Below are positions 56,315-64,000 of a DNA stretch of 64,000 nt, one piece after another. Each line of letters starts with the position of its first letter. Position 1 is the stretch's first letter. The notes beneath the pieces were generated by a model. That model did no database searches. It had not been told where the DNA came from and saw nothing but the letters and a program-made list of their open reading frames with translations. The DNA comes from a virus, in IMG/VR virus record IMGVR_UViG_3300011116_000673, positions 7,532 through 71,531 of that record, one strand, 5' to 3'. The position numbers and the translations under genes are program-made.

Positions 56315-56761
56315 ATGATAGAAAAATCTGGTTACACAATTCGTAATTATTCTGAAGACATTAGTGACCCTAATCTAAGCGAAGACGAGAGAAGTGGCTT
56401 AAGAATGTTGGCACACTTGTTGTTGCCCCATGTCTACATTTCTGCTCCCTATGCTTTTCCTGACCCCATAGAAAACACCAACAGGGCAATCTGCATTGCA
56501 GACGATCTATACACCTCAGGTGTGTGTATGCCCATTTTGCCCCATTTAACAATGCTGTGGAATACGGTAATACCTCACGAACCAGCATTTTGGTCAGAGT
56601 ACTGCTTGTTGATGATGCGTCGCTGTGATGCTCTTTTGCGTATTGATGGATTGTCACAAGGTGCGGATAGGGAAATTGTTGAGGCTAAAAAAGTAGGTAT
56701 CCCCATCTTTTACCATTTAGACGATTTATCAAACTGGCTTGAATCGAGTCCTGACGTATGA
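56315..56761 (+). CDS. nucleoside 2-deoxyribosyltransferase-like protein (DUF4406/DUF1937-like)
   Basis: VYISAPY, PH, RRCDALL, SQGADRE, GIPIF. Confidence 0.7.
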   Translation: MIEKSGYTIRNYSEDISDPNLSEDERSGLRMLAHLLLPHVYISAPYAFPDPIENTNRAICIADDLYTSGVCMPILPHLTMLWNTVIPHEPAFWSEYCLLMMRRCDALLRIDGLSQGADREIVEAKKVGIPIFYHLDDLSNWLESSPDV

Positions 56762-57084
56762 GTAAACGATTTGAAAACCTTCATGGACACCCAATGTTTT
56801 TTCAAGTGCTTGAAGAAATGGCACTGTTGCACGACAAAAAAGGAAGAGACTACGGAATTGGCATAGATACTCTTGGCAATGTTCGTTCATCAGAACAATG
56901 GGGTGTGCCAGCATGGATTGGAACACTCATAAGAGCCAATGACAAAGTTGTAAGGTTACAAAACGCTGCAAAGGGCAGTGCGTTAGTCAATGAAGGCATT
57001 GAAGATTCTTTAATGGACTTAGCCGCTTATTCAATAATTGCTTTAGTCCTTTACAGAGAGTCTTTGGTTGATGGAAACTCCTGA
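56758..57084 (+). CDS. nucleotide-modification-associated alpha-helical protein (DUF1599-like)
   Basis: KKGRDYG...IRANDKVVRL...IEDSLMDLAAYSII. Confidence 0.75.
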   Translation: MSKRFENLHGHPMFFQVLEEMALLHDKKGRDYGIGIDTLGNVRSSEQWGVPAWIGTLIRANDKVVRLQNAAKGSALVNEGIEDSLMDLAAYSIIALVLYRESLVDGNS

Positions 57085-57493
57085 TTGGGTAACAAAAGCG
57101 CAATGTAGAGGCTTACACGGGGATTTGTGGTTTCCACCAGTTGAGCATGAGAATCATCAGATTTATTACGACGTTGCTGTAACCGTTTGTGCATCGTGTC
57201 CGGTATGGAAAGAATGTTTGAAAACGGGCGCAAAAGAAACTTATGGAATGTGGGGTGGCTTAACACCACAAGAGCGATCATCCTATTTAAACAAAACGGA
57301 CAAGCATCTTGCTCGCCACGGAACTGTTGCACGTTTTAGGCAAAGTTGTCGCTGCAGCGATTGTGTATCGAATCACGAAAAAGTTTTTAATAAAAAATTA
57401 GATAAATCTCTGTATCCCAAAGTGGGTAAGGGTTTGACGGACATTGAAAATGTTCATAACAGGTTGTTTAACCCCACTGATGGGGTAAACTAG
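57071..57493 (+). CDS. whiB: WhiB-family transcription factor with extra Cys-rich C-terminal domain
   Basis: W..AQC...WFP...CASCPVWKEC...GMWGGLT..ER; HGT...CRCSDC. Confidence 0.9.
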   Translation: METPDWVTKAQCRGLHGDLWFPPVEHENHQIYYDVAVTVCASCPVWKECLKTGAKETYGMWGGLTPQERSSYLNKTDKHLARHGTVARFRQSCRCSDCVSNHEKVFNKKLDKSLYPKVGKGLTDIENVHNRLFNPTDGVN

Positions 57494-57514
57494 GAGTAAG
57501 CCTTTAGCAGGCAC

Positions 57515-57546
57515 GACCCTATGTAATTTGTAGGGTCTTTTTTATT
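57515..57546 (+). terminator. intrinsic terminator
   Basis: GACCCTAT...GTAGGGTC followed by TTTTTT. Confidence 0.7.
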
Positions 57547-57566
57547 AACCGACCAAAGGATGATGA

Positions 57567-58118
57567 ATGTTCAAAGTTCCTTTCGTAGTCTTTATGGCTA
57601 TTTCAAACTTGCTTACAGCAACTGTCATAGGCATACTGACCCCAAAAGAAATCAGTACACAAAAAGCACCCGAAGCGAAAAGTTATGTAATGGTTGAGCC
57701 GTTAATGGCTTCACTGGCTACCTTGCCAGCCAAAAAAAGGTTAGTAATCCCCCCCGACGCTGAATGTCCACAATGGTGGCAAACAGCCGTAGATGCTGGT
57801 TGGGCAATTAAAGAACTGCCCACTTTAGACATGATTATGTACCGAGAGAGCCGATGTTTGCCCACAGCATTGAACAGCAATGACCCAAACACGGTAGATG
57901 GCATCAAAGGTTCATTGGGTTTGACCCAGTTAAACGCCTTTTGGGTTAAGTCCACGACCTATTACCCCAAAGGCTATCTACAGAGCCAAAACGCGGTAAA
58001 CAACATACGCGATTTGTATGACCCATACTTAAACTTGCTTTCTGCCCTAGAAGTGTGGAAGTATGGACAAGACAAACATGGGTGTGGCTGGTACGCATGG
58101 GCGACATCCTGTAAATAA
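57567..58118 (+). CDS. exported lytic transglycosylase (SLT-like)
   Basis: Signal/anchor sequence; MYRESRC, GLTQLN, LYDPYLN, W..W. Confidence 0.75.
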   Translation: MFKVPFVVFMAISNLLTATVIGILTPKEISTQKAPEAKSYVMVEPLMASLATLPAKKRLVIPPDAECPQWWQTAVDAGWAIKELPTLDMIMYRESRCLPTALNSNDPNTVDGIKGSLGLTQLNAFWVKSTTYYPKGYLQSQNAVNNIRDLYDPYLNLLSALEVWKYGQDKHGCGWYAWATSCK

Positions 58119-58130
58119 CTCAGGAGTGAA

Positions 58131-58301
58131 ATGCCGACAATTAATTACAACTGTCCGGACTGTGACGAGGTTTTAACTGTATTTGTAAAACTGTCAGAAC
58201 CACCAATGCACAGATGCGGTAACAGCAGCCACCAATCCAACTGGAAGCCTTTAGTGGAAACTTCAAAAAAGAAAGTTGCAAAAGAGATCATCGACCTGTA
58301 A
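58131..58301 (+). CDS. small Zn-ribbon (FmdB-like) protein (not in ORF track)
   Basis: AGGAG RBS; MPTINYNCPDC...HRC. Confidence 0.55.
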   Translation: MPTINYNCPDCDEVLTVFVKLSEPPMHRCGNSSHQSNWKPLVETSKKKVAKEIIDL

Positions 58302-58304
58302 TGT
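58276..58304 (+). promoter_or_regulatory. early sigma-A promoter
   Basis: TTGCAA-N17-TAATGT, followed by an AAGGAGG RBS. Confidence 0.65.
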
Positions 58305-58332
58305 CATAACTACCTATAGAAGGAGGTACAGC

Positions 58333-58623
58333 ATGACAACAATTTGTGATGAAGTTGAAGTGTGGGAAAAATGGTACAAGCCAATAACCAATCACTTCGT
58401 GTCTGAAGAAGAAACAACCTTATTTGAAACTTATGGGCAAGAAGTTGAGTTTGTTTATATGCAACCCCATAACCATGTTTGGACTTGGGTAGACGGTTCA
58501 GATGGCACATACATAGTCGCTGGTCGCAACCGTGTTAATCGGATTGGTTATTTCGTTACCGAAGAACCGTGGTCTGATTGGGAAATGGTTGTCCCCTACG
58601 AGAAGTATGAAGAGGGCGTATGA
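58333..58623 (+). CDS. early hypothetical protein
   Basis: AAGGAGG RBS; FETYG...VWT...VNRIGYFVT. Confidence 0.7.
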   Translation: MTTICDEVEVWEKWYKPITNHFVSEEETTLFETYGQEVEFVYMQPHNHVWTWVDGSDGTYIVAGRNRVNRIGYFVTEEPWSDWEMVVPYEKYEEGV

Positions 58624-58766
58624 GTGAAGCAGAACTACTCAACGAACTAAACACAGTTGTCCGTAATCGTTTCGGTGATAACGCTGTAGAAGCATTGATT
58701 GGCGTTCTTTCTACGCTGGTTAATGAAAGCCAACTAAAAGATTTAATCGCAAACTTAAAAAGTTAA
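58620..58766 (+). CDS. small hypothetical protein (not in ORF track)
   Basis: ATGA overlap; 48 aa. Confidence 0.5.
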   Translation: MSEAELLNELNTVVRNRFGDNAVEALIGVLSTLVNESQLKDLIANLKS

Positions 58767-58775
58767 GGAGGAGTA

Positions 58776-59339
58776 ATGGAAGACAATTTAGAAACTTGCT
58801 GCGATTGCAACGAGAAATATCCAACCGACGACATTGGTTGGAGTCACTCACAAGAAGCACCACTGTGCCGTATGTGTGAAGAATCAGATATGCAGTACGC
58901 ATCAACTTTGCGAATCATCACCTTAAACAGTGTTCGTTTGTACTACATCGGCAAACACGTTCGCATGACAGAATACGGTGATGATTTGGCATACGATGAC
59001 ACCATTGACCCTAAATGGGTTTCACATAGTTGGGTTTCAACAGACGCTTGGCGAGGGTACACCGAAACAAAACTAAAAGGGTGGGACATGGTTATGGATG
59101 GTTGGACAACTGGTGGTTGGGATGACGCAACTGCAATACGAAAACAGAAGTTCAATAAATGGTGTCAAGATTTGTGCGATATGAAAATAACAGTTCCTTG
59201 TCCTGTGGCTTTGATCGCTGATCGAACCAGCAATGTATTCAGCACGGCGATGACCGTTGCAGTTAAAACAGAAGATGTCGAATTGTTCAAAGAATGGTTA
59301 GACTCTGATTACGAAGAGTTGCAGGAGGCACTTAGATGA
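58776..59339 (+). CDS. early hypothetical protein with Zn-finger N-terminus
   Basis: AAGGAGG RBS; CCDC...CRMC; TDAWRGY. Confidence 0.65.
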   Translation: MEDNLETCCDCNEKYPTDDIGWSHSQEAPLCRMCEESDMQYASTLRIITLNSVRLYYIGKHVRMTEYGDDLAYDDTIDPKWVSHSWVSTDAWRGYTETKLKGWDMVMDGWTTGGWDDATAIRKQKFNKWCQDLCDMKITVPCPVALIADRTSNVFSTAMTVAVKTEDVELFKEWLDSDYEELQEALR

Positions 59340-59659
59340 CATTGTTTCAACTTAACCAACTTGGTGACGAGTGGAAAGGCGTAATAGTTTCTGACGGAAC
59401 TTTGCGACCACAGGATTTGATAAATAATTTGTTCAAAGTTCTGTACGAAACCAACACAAACTTTGCCCATGATTTTTACAATACATGGGAAGACATTTTC
59501 ACAGAAGACTGGGACAACGCTGACCCTGATGATGTGAACCAAATGCTCACAGAACTTTTTGACGCAATGGATGCGATTGCACCCGTTGGTTATTCGTTTC
59601 AAGCAACTGACGATGATGGTGCTTGCTTTGGTTTCATCAATCAAATTGAGGAAGATTAA
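59336..59659 (+). CDS. acidic hypothetical protein
   Basis: GTLRPQDL...APVGYSF...DGACFGF. Confidence 0.65.
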   Translation: MTLFQLNQLGDEWKGVIVSDGTLRPQDLINNLFKVLYETNTNFAHDFYNTWEDIFTEDWDNADPDDVNQMLTELFDAMDAIAPVGYSFQATDDDGACFGFINQIEED

Positions 59660-59941
59660 ATGACTGCTACAAGTCTTGACTGGTTTTTAAATCCAGTGAT
59701 CGAAAGACAAAACCCAGTATGGAGGCAGTGGGCAAATTGCAAAGATGTGCCTAAAGATGTGTTCGTCATTAAGAAAGGTCAATCCACTGAACGAGCGTTG
59801 TGGTTTTGCGAAACTTGCGTGGTCAAAAAGGCTTGCCTTGAATACGCATTAGACAACAACTGCGTTGGTGTATGGGGGGGAACAACCCAAAAACAACGAG
59901 CAAGAATTAAACGACAACAGAAGTTGTCAAACGCAAAATAA
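59660..59941 (+). CDS. whiB: WhiB-family transcription factor
   Basis: W...ANC...CETCVVKKAC...GVWGGTTQKQR. Confidence 0.88.
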   Translation: MTATSLDWFLNPVIERQNPVWRQWANCKDVPKDVFVIKKGQSTERALWFCETCVVKKACLEYALDNNCVGVWGGTTQKQRARIKRQQKLSNAK

Positions 59942-59952
59942 TGTTGTAATGT
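59924..59952 (+). promoter_or_regulatory. early sigma-A promoter
   Basis: TTGTCA-N17-TAATGT, followed by AAGGAGG. Confidence 0.7.
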
Positions 59953-59973
59953 CAATAGCAAGGAGGAAACAAA

Positions 59974-60150
59974 ATGGGAAGAAAAAATATATGGACAGTA
60001 GAGTTTGCAGGTGACTACTTTACTTTGCAAACAACTGTTTCAGCAAAAGACGAAGAGCAGGCAACAGCCGTCGCAATAGAATTGTTGAACGAGCAATACG
60101 GGTTCGACATGGAATCTATTTCAAACGAAATAAACGCTTTAGAGGGGTAA
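59974..60150 (+). CDS. small hypothetical protein (not in ORF track)
   Basis: AAGGAGG RBS; 58 aa MGRKNIWTVEF... Confidence 0.6.
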   Translation: MGRKNIWTVEFAGDYFTLQTTVSAKDEEQATAVAIELLNEQYGFDMESISNEINALEG

Positions 60151-60152
60151 CA

Positions 60153-60407
60153 ATGAGCGAGACCAAATACATTGGCGCAAACTGTTGCGTTTATTACTCT
60201 GACGAATCATTTGATAAAGCGTTTAATGCTTTTATCAAGTTTGCTGAGTGGGTAGATGAAGACAACTTTACAGAAGAAGAGCGTCGCATTGATGAAGGTG
60301 TGTTCTTTTACTGCAAAGACAAGGAAGAGTTAGAACAACTTTATAGCCAAGATTTTGTTGAAGACTTTGTTATCGTGTCTTACGAACTAGTGGAGGAAGC
60401 AGTATGA
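60153..60407 (+). CDS. acidic hypothetical protein
   Basis: GAGG RBS. Confidence 0.6.
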   Translation: MSETKYIGANCCVYYSDESFDKAFNAFIKFAEWVDEDNFTEEERRIDEGVFFYCKDKEELEQLYSQDFVEDFVIVSYELVEEAV

Positions 60408-60724
60408 GCGTTGGTGCAGACTCTTTGATGGGGTCAATAGATATGTTTAAACTTTTAAACAAAGAAACTTTAGAACAAGGTCGTGTCATTAGAAAGGACA
60501 AAATGTTAGTCAGAATGCGTTGTGATCTAGTAGCAGAAGGTTTAAAGATTCCGGCAAACAATAATGACAAGTTCTATGCTGCAGAAGAAGTTGCAGACAT
60601 GGAGTTTATTCATTGTGTAAATGAACTTGGTCAAAAAGATGATGATGGTGCTTACTACGCCATGAAAACCAAAGATGGCGAAATTGTTCACCTTTATTCG
60701 ATTGATTTGGACTTTATTCAGTGA
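60404..60724 (+). CDS. hypothetical protein
   Basis: GGAGG RBS; ATGA overlap. Confidence 0.6.
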   Translation: MSVGADSLMGSIDMFKLLNKETLEQGRVIRKDKMLVRMRCDLVAEGLKIPANNNDKFYAAEEVADMEFIHCVNELGQKDDDGAYYAMKTKDGEIVHLYSIDLDFIQ

Positions 60725-60729
60725 TCGGG

Positions 60730-60758
60730 TTGTAAAACAATAAATAATCATGTACTGT
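60730..60758 (+). promoter_or_regulatory. early sigma-A promoter
   Basis: TTGTAA-N17-TACTGT, followed by GAGGAGG. Confidence 0.65.
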
Positions 60759-60778
60759 CGTTATGAGGAGGAAACAAA

Positions 60779-61171
60779 ATGACAACAAAAACAAAGAAGC
60801 AGTTGGTAACACCAACAGAAGAAATACAAACACGGTTAAACAATGATGTGTGGTCAAACTGGTGCGTTCCAACAAACTTAACACCACTAAAACCATACGC
60901 ACTCGTGATCGTTCATTCCCGCAACCATCGCAGAGGCAACCATTGGGAAGCCAAACTATACAAAGATGGCAAACCAATCATATTTGTTGAGAATGAAGGT
61001 AACGGTGGATGTAATCGTTATTACGGAATAAAGAAAGATGAGTTTCACAGCCCATTTGAAAAAGAGTTTGAAAAAGCAGCCAAACTTGCTTACCCTGATG
61101 AGAAACACGCATCATCAGCCAAAGACATGGCAGTTGCGTTTTTAGATTTGGTGTCGCTATGTCAAAAGTAA
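60779..61171 (+). CDS. hypothetical protein
   Basis: AKLYKDGK...VENEGNGG motif; strong RBS. Confidence 0.65.
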   Translation: MTTKTKKQLVTPTEEIQTRLNNDVWSNWCVPTNLTPLKPYALVIVHSRNHRRGNHWEAKLYKDGKPIIFVENEGNGGCNRYYGIKKDEFHSPFEKEFEKAAKLAYPDEKHASSAKDMAVAFLDLVSLCQK

Positions 61172-61599
61172 TCATAAATGTAGAAGATGGCACGGTGTGC
61201 GATTTGACCAGCAGCGTCGTAGTGGATTTAGACAAACTCGATGCCACTGGTCAGCAGTTGTGGGATGAGTGGCTTGAAAGTGGCAACGATGGCACAGCAT
61301 CAGAACTTGGTACTAAGCATGGCACGGCAATACAAACATTTACTGACAATGAGTTGAATTACGGAAACTCCATTGCCTTCAGTGGGAAGGCATTGCGTGA
61401 AGAAGTAGAGCAACGATTGGAATGTGGGTATGACAGCGATGCGTACAAACTGGCTTCATCATTTACCGACGAACAATTTGACCAATTAGGGCAATATATT
61501 TTGTCGTCGGATTACTTGTGGAATGTGTTCACTGAGGAGTTAAACTCAGGAATAGTAAATTATGCAAATGATATTTTAGGAAAGAGGGAAACGCAATGA
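61159..61599 (+). CDS. acidic hypothetical protein
   Basis: Operon packing. Confidence 0.6.
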   Translation: MSKVIINVEDGTVCDLTSSVVVDLDKLDATGQQLWDEWLESGNDGTASELGTKHGTAIQTFTDNELNYGNSIAFSGKALREEVEQRLECGYDSDAYKLASSFTDEQFDQLGQYILSSDYLWNVFTEELNSGIVNYANDILGKRETQ

Positions 61600-61823
61600 A
61601 ACAATTTATAGTTCACCAAACAATAGAAGTCGCAATGTGTTATGTCATTGAAGCAGAAACGCTGGAAGAAGCACGAGACTTAGGCAACGAGTCCTATGAC
61701 CGTAGCAAAGTGATCGACATTCAGGTTTTGGATTGGGATCATCCTTGGGATGTTGAGGAAGCCGAAGCACCAGTTAAACCTGTTTCAGAAGACACACTTA
61801 TGTACTGGAACAACATATTGTGA
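61596..61823 (+). CDS. hypothetical protein
   Basis: IEAETLEEA motif; RBS. Confidence 0.6.
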   Translation: MKQFIVHQTIEVAMCYVIEAETLEEARDLGNESYDRSKVIDIQVLDWDHPWDVEEAEAPVKPVSEDTLMYWNNIL

Positions 61824-62146
61824 AGATAATCATCCGAGATCATGTGCGTCACAATGGCGTGAGTTACAAAGTGTTGAATTACGCACTATTCAAGTCACGC
61901 ATTGGTGACGGCACATTTTCGGTAAACGATTACCTTGAGTTTTGTTTAAAGATGTATAAGCCGTCGGATGTCAAGAGAGCAGTTGCTTCGCTTATCCGTT
62001 ACGGACATTTACGCAAACTAAAAACTGGTCGTTTGATGTTTGTCCAAACAAATGTGATTACTAAACTGAACAAGGCTTACAATCAATCACAGTGGAATAA
62101 GCAAAGAACTATGGGACAAAAGGAGGAAGAAAATGCAAGTTATTAA
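61820..62146 (+). CDS. basic protein, possible winged helix
   Basis: VKRAVASLIRYGHL; GTGA overlap. Confidence 0.5.
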   Translation: MKIIIRDHVRHNGVSYKVLNYALFKSRIGDGTFSVNDYLEFCLKMYKPSDVKRAVASLIRYGHLRKLKTGRLMFVQTNVITKLNKAYNQSQWNKQRTMGQKEEENASY

Positions 62147-62420
62147 TTTAGACAAAACAATGAATGAGGTGACAGAGGGAACTGTTGTCAATACAACTGC
62201 TGTTGTCATCAAATGTCAAAAAAGGTTTGACAGGGTAGTTGGCGATTGTTTCGCCAGTTGGCTTGCGATCTGTTTTGATAAGGCTAATCCAATTCATCCG
62301 TATGTGGTTTGGAATGTCATCGCACGACCTGAAGGCTTCGCTGCAGAGCACGGTGACTACCGAAAAACTTTGACCGATGCAGTTGATGCGTACGAGGCAC
62401 GAGGAGGTGACATTTCATGA
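62133..62420 (+). CDS. hypothetical protein
   Basis: AAGGAGG RBS; HPYVVW. Confidence 0.6.
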   Translation: MQVINLDKTMNEVTEGTVVNTTAVVIKCQKRFDRVVGDCFASWLAICFDKANPIHPYVVWNVIARPEGFAAEHGDYRKTLTDAVDAYEARGGDIS

Positions 62421-62668
62421 GGAAAAAGCAAACAGGCGATACCCATATCCAGTTGATTAACTCACCAATCGTCGTTGATGACGATTCTGACAAAGTTGTA
62501 ATCAGATGGTCTTGGGAAGATGTTCAATCTCTTCGCCCTCACTACTCTAAACAACAAAGTCTTGAAATGTTGGAAAAGATTTCTCGAAACCTAGAAGAGC
62601 GTTCAATAGAACTTGGCTGGGACATAATGGAAATGTCAATACAAATGAATGAGGATGTCGAAGAATGA
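62417..62668 (+). CDS. hypothetical protein
   Basis: GGAGG RBS; WSWEDV...LGWD. Confidence 0.6.
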   Translation: MRKKQTGDTHIQLINSPIVVDDDSDKVVIRWSWEDVQSLRPHYSKQQSLEMLEKISRNLEERSIELGWDIMEMSIQMNEDVEE

Positions 62669-62874
62669 TTACTGCAAAAGAAATAATTGCTCAAGGCTTC
62701 TGCCCACACACCGACAACGGAGTATGCGTAGATTGTGCCAATGACCCATCACAGTTGAGTTATTCGTGGGGTGCTATGTTGCAATTAACTCACGCCACGC
62801 AAGTAGAGATATTTAACTGGTGTGGTTGCGAAGACGGTGAACGCCAATACGACGATTGCCCAGTTCAATCGTGA
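62665..62874 (+). CDS. Cys-rich hypothetical protein
   Basis: GAGG RBS; ATGA overlap. Confidence 0.55.
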   Translation: MITAKEIIAQGFCPHTDNGVCVDCANDPSQLSYSWGAMLQLTHATQVEIFNWCGCEDGERQYDDCPVQS

Positions 62875-62953
62875 TTGTTCGGTCATTACTTCTTTGGATT
62901 GTTGTAATGTATTGGGGTTTGGCTTACCTACTTAGGAAGAAAAAGGAAAACTA

Positions 62954-63250
62954 ATGGGATTGGTGTCATTGCTTGGAATGCTAGATGCGACTGACAACAT
63001 TGAAGAGGTTGTTCGCTGGCACTTGTCTTCAAATTGTTATCCACCATTGAACGAGACATATGTTCCAATGTGTGTTGAAGCAATTCGTGCTTGCAAAATG
63101 CAAACAGACGAAAACGAAAAAATCATGCTGCAATTACCCACCAAAATGTACTACAAAGGTGACCAAACTTTGGTTGATGCTTGGACTGTGATCGAGGCGT
63201 TTCATTTGGAAGGTTTTTTGATGGAAGATGAGTATGAAAACGAAAACTAA
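62954..63250 (+). CDS. hypothetical protein
   Basis: WHLSSNCYPP...FHLEGF. Confidence 0.6.
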   Translation: MGLVSLLGMLDATDNIEEVVRWHLSSNCYPPLNETYVPMCVEAIRACKMQTDENEKIMLQLPTKMYYKGDQTLVDAWTVIEAFHLEGFLMEDEYENEN

Positions 63251-63467
63251 AGTTGATTACGATCAGTTTTTAGAAATGGTCACAAAGTACAACAACCAGT
63301 TAGGTGCAAACACCGACACTGGCTGGAAGTATGGTCAAGTATTTTTTAATGTTCTTGCAAGTGTGCGATCTGATTTAGCAGAATTGATTCGAGGCACAAT
63401 GCATGACCCGTTTCACCACGACACGGTGAGTAAAGAGACTTACAACTACTTAGCATCTAAGTGGTAA
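63228..63467 (+). CDS. hypothetical protein
   Basis: WKYGQVFFN...DPFH. Confidence 0.6.
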   Translation: MSMKTKTKVDYDQFLEMVTKYNNQLGANTDTGWKYGQVFFNVLASVRSDLAELIRGTMHDPFHHDTVSKETYNYLASKW

Positions 63468-63470
63468 GAC

Positions 63471-63572
63471 CGAGGTAGCCCTTTACCCTCCTTCAGGGTT
63501 ACCCGAAAAGAGTCTGCCTGTGAACACTTTCTTTCAGGGGTTGTTAGCAGTTAATAGCAGGCAGACTTTTTT
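63471..63572 (+). ncRNA. putative structured RNA: anti-SD-loop hairpin plus long terminator-like stem
   Basis: GGTAGCCCT-[TTACCCTCCTTC]-AGGGTTACC; AAAAGAGTCTGCCTG...CAGGCAGACTTTTTT; G-U pairs on the + strand. Confidence 0.5.
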
Positions 63573-63642
63573 AATAAATTGTTGTAATGTCGAGTTGTGA
63601 TCTGCAACACGCACCCACTAATCTGTTGTCAAGGAGGAAACA

Positions 63643-63900
63643 ATGGAACAACCAAACAAATACTCACCGTTTTTTAACACGATGGGTAATGCAAGTTCAG
63701 ATTTTCTGAAAATATCAATAAAAAGAACACTAGAACAAGCAATCGCTGATGGTGAAGGCAAAGACGGAACTGCACTTGACATGGTGATCGGTGCGTGTTT
63801 TGCAGATGGTCAAACTTACACCGATGGCGAGTGTTTAGATTTAGTTGCACACATTATTCAAGCATGGAATGAAATTGGTGATGAGGAGGAAGCATCATGA
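63643..63900 (+). CDS. hypothetical protein
   Basis: AAGGAGG RBS; TDGECLD. Confidence 0.6.
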   Translation: MEQPNKYSPFFNTMGNASSDFLKISIKRTLEQAIADGEGKDGTALDMVIGACFADGQTYTDGECLDLVAHIIQAWNEIGDEEEAS

Positions 63901-64000
63901 TGGAATACTTTTACACGCTGTCCGATAACGACAGAGACATGGCAATGTATTTGAAAGCACACGAGTTGCTTGATATGTGGCTTGACGAACGCATTCAAGA
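63897..64000 (+). CDS. hypothetical protein (partial, runs off window)
   Basis: GAGGAGG RBS; ATGA overlap; open to the edge. Confidence 0.5.
   Translation, partial: MMEYFYTLSDNDRDMAMYLKAHELLDMWLDERIQ

Noticed and set aside
245-62351. Numerous minus-strand and nested ORFs in the ORF track
   Set aside because: They are shadows of well-supported plus-strand genes and show no recognisable motifs.
1-64000. tRNA genes, introns/inteins, integrase, reverse transcriptase/DGR, alternative genetic code
   Set aside because: None was recognised by eye, and core genes are intact under the standard code. tRNAscan/Infernal were not run, so small RNAs could be missed.

Overview
This is a 64 kb segment of a large contractile-tailed (myovirus) dsDNA phage genome. 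Essentially all credible genes are on the + strand and the sequence is AT-leaning by eye. Two WhiB genes, frequent leaderless-type promoters and a Bxz1/E3-like gene layout suggest a low-GC, possibly freshwater, actinobacterial host (inference). Gene order: glycosyltransferase and small genes, terminase, lysis genes, metallophosphoesterase and HslV-like peptidase, portal/scaffold/capsid, neck, sheath/tube, tape measure, baseplate (to about 31 kb). Then a replication/recombination module (iteron-containing initiator, DnaC, DnaB, primase, SNF2, SSB, PolA, RecA, Cas4-like nuclease, resolvases, SpoVS; 32-45.8 kb), an 8 kb array of low-complexity proteins sharing short peptide motifs (45.8-53.5 kb), a putative nucleotide/DNA-modification cluster (53.5-57 kb) and small early genes with sigma-A promoters. 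The strongest unexplained signals are: (1) a ~108 nt antisense RNA with its own promoter and twin UUCCCUUCU loops upstream of the initiator gene, plus a second RNA with an anti-Shine-Dalgarno loop; (2) the motif-sharing disordered-protein array, including clamp-binding-like QLxLF tails and an amyloid-like module; (3) a +1/-2 tail-chaperone frameshift. All assignments come from reading motifs by eye; no searches were run.
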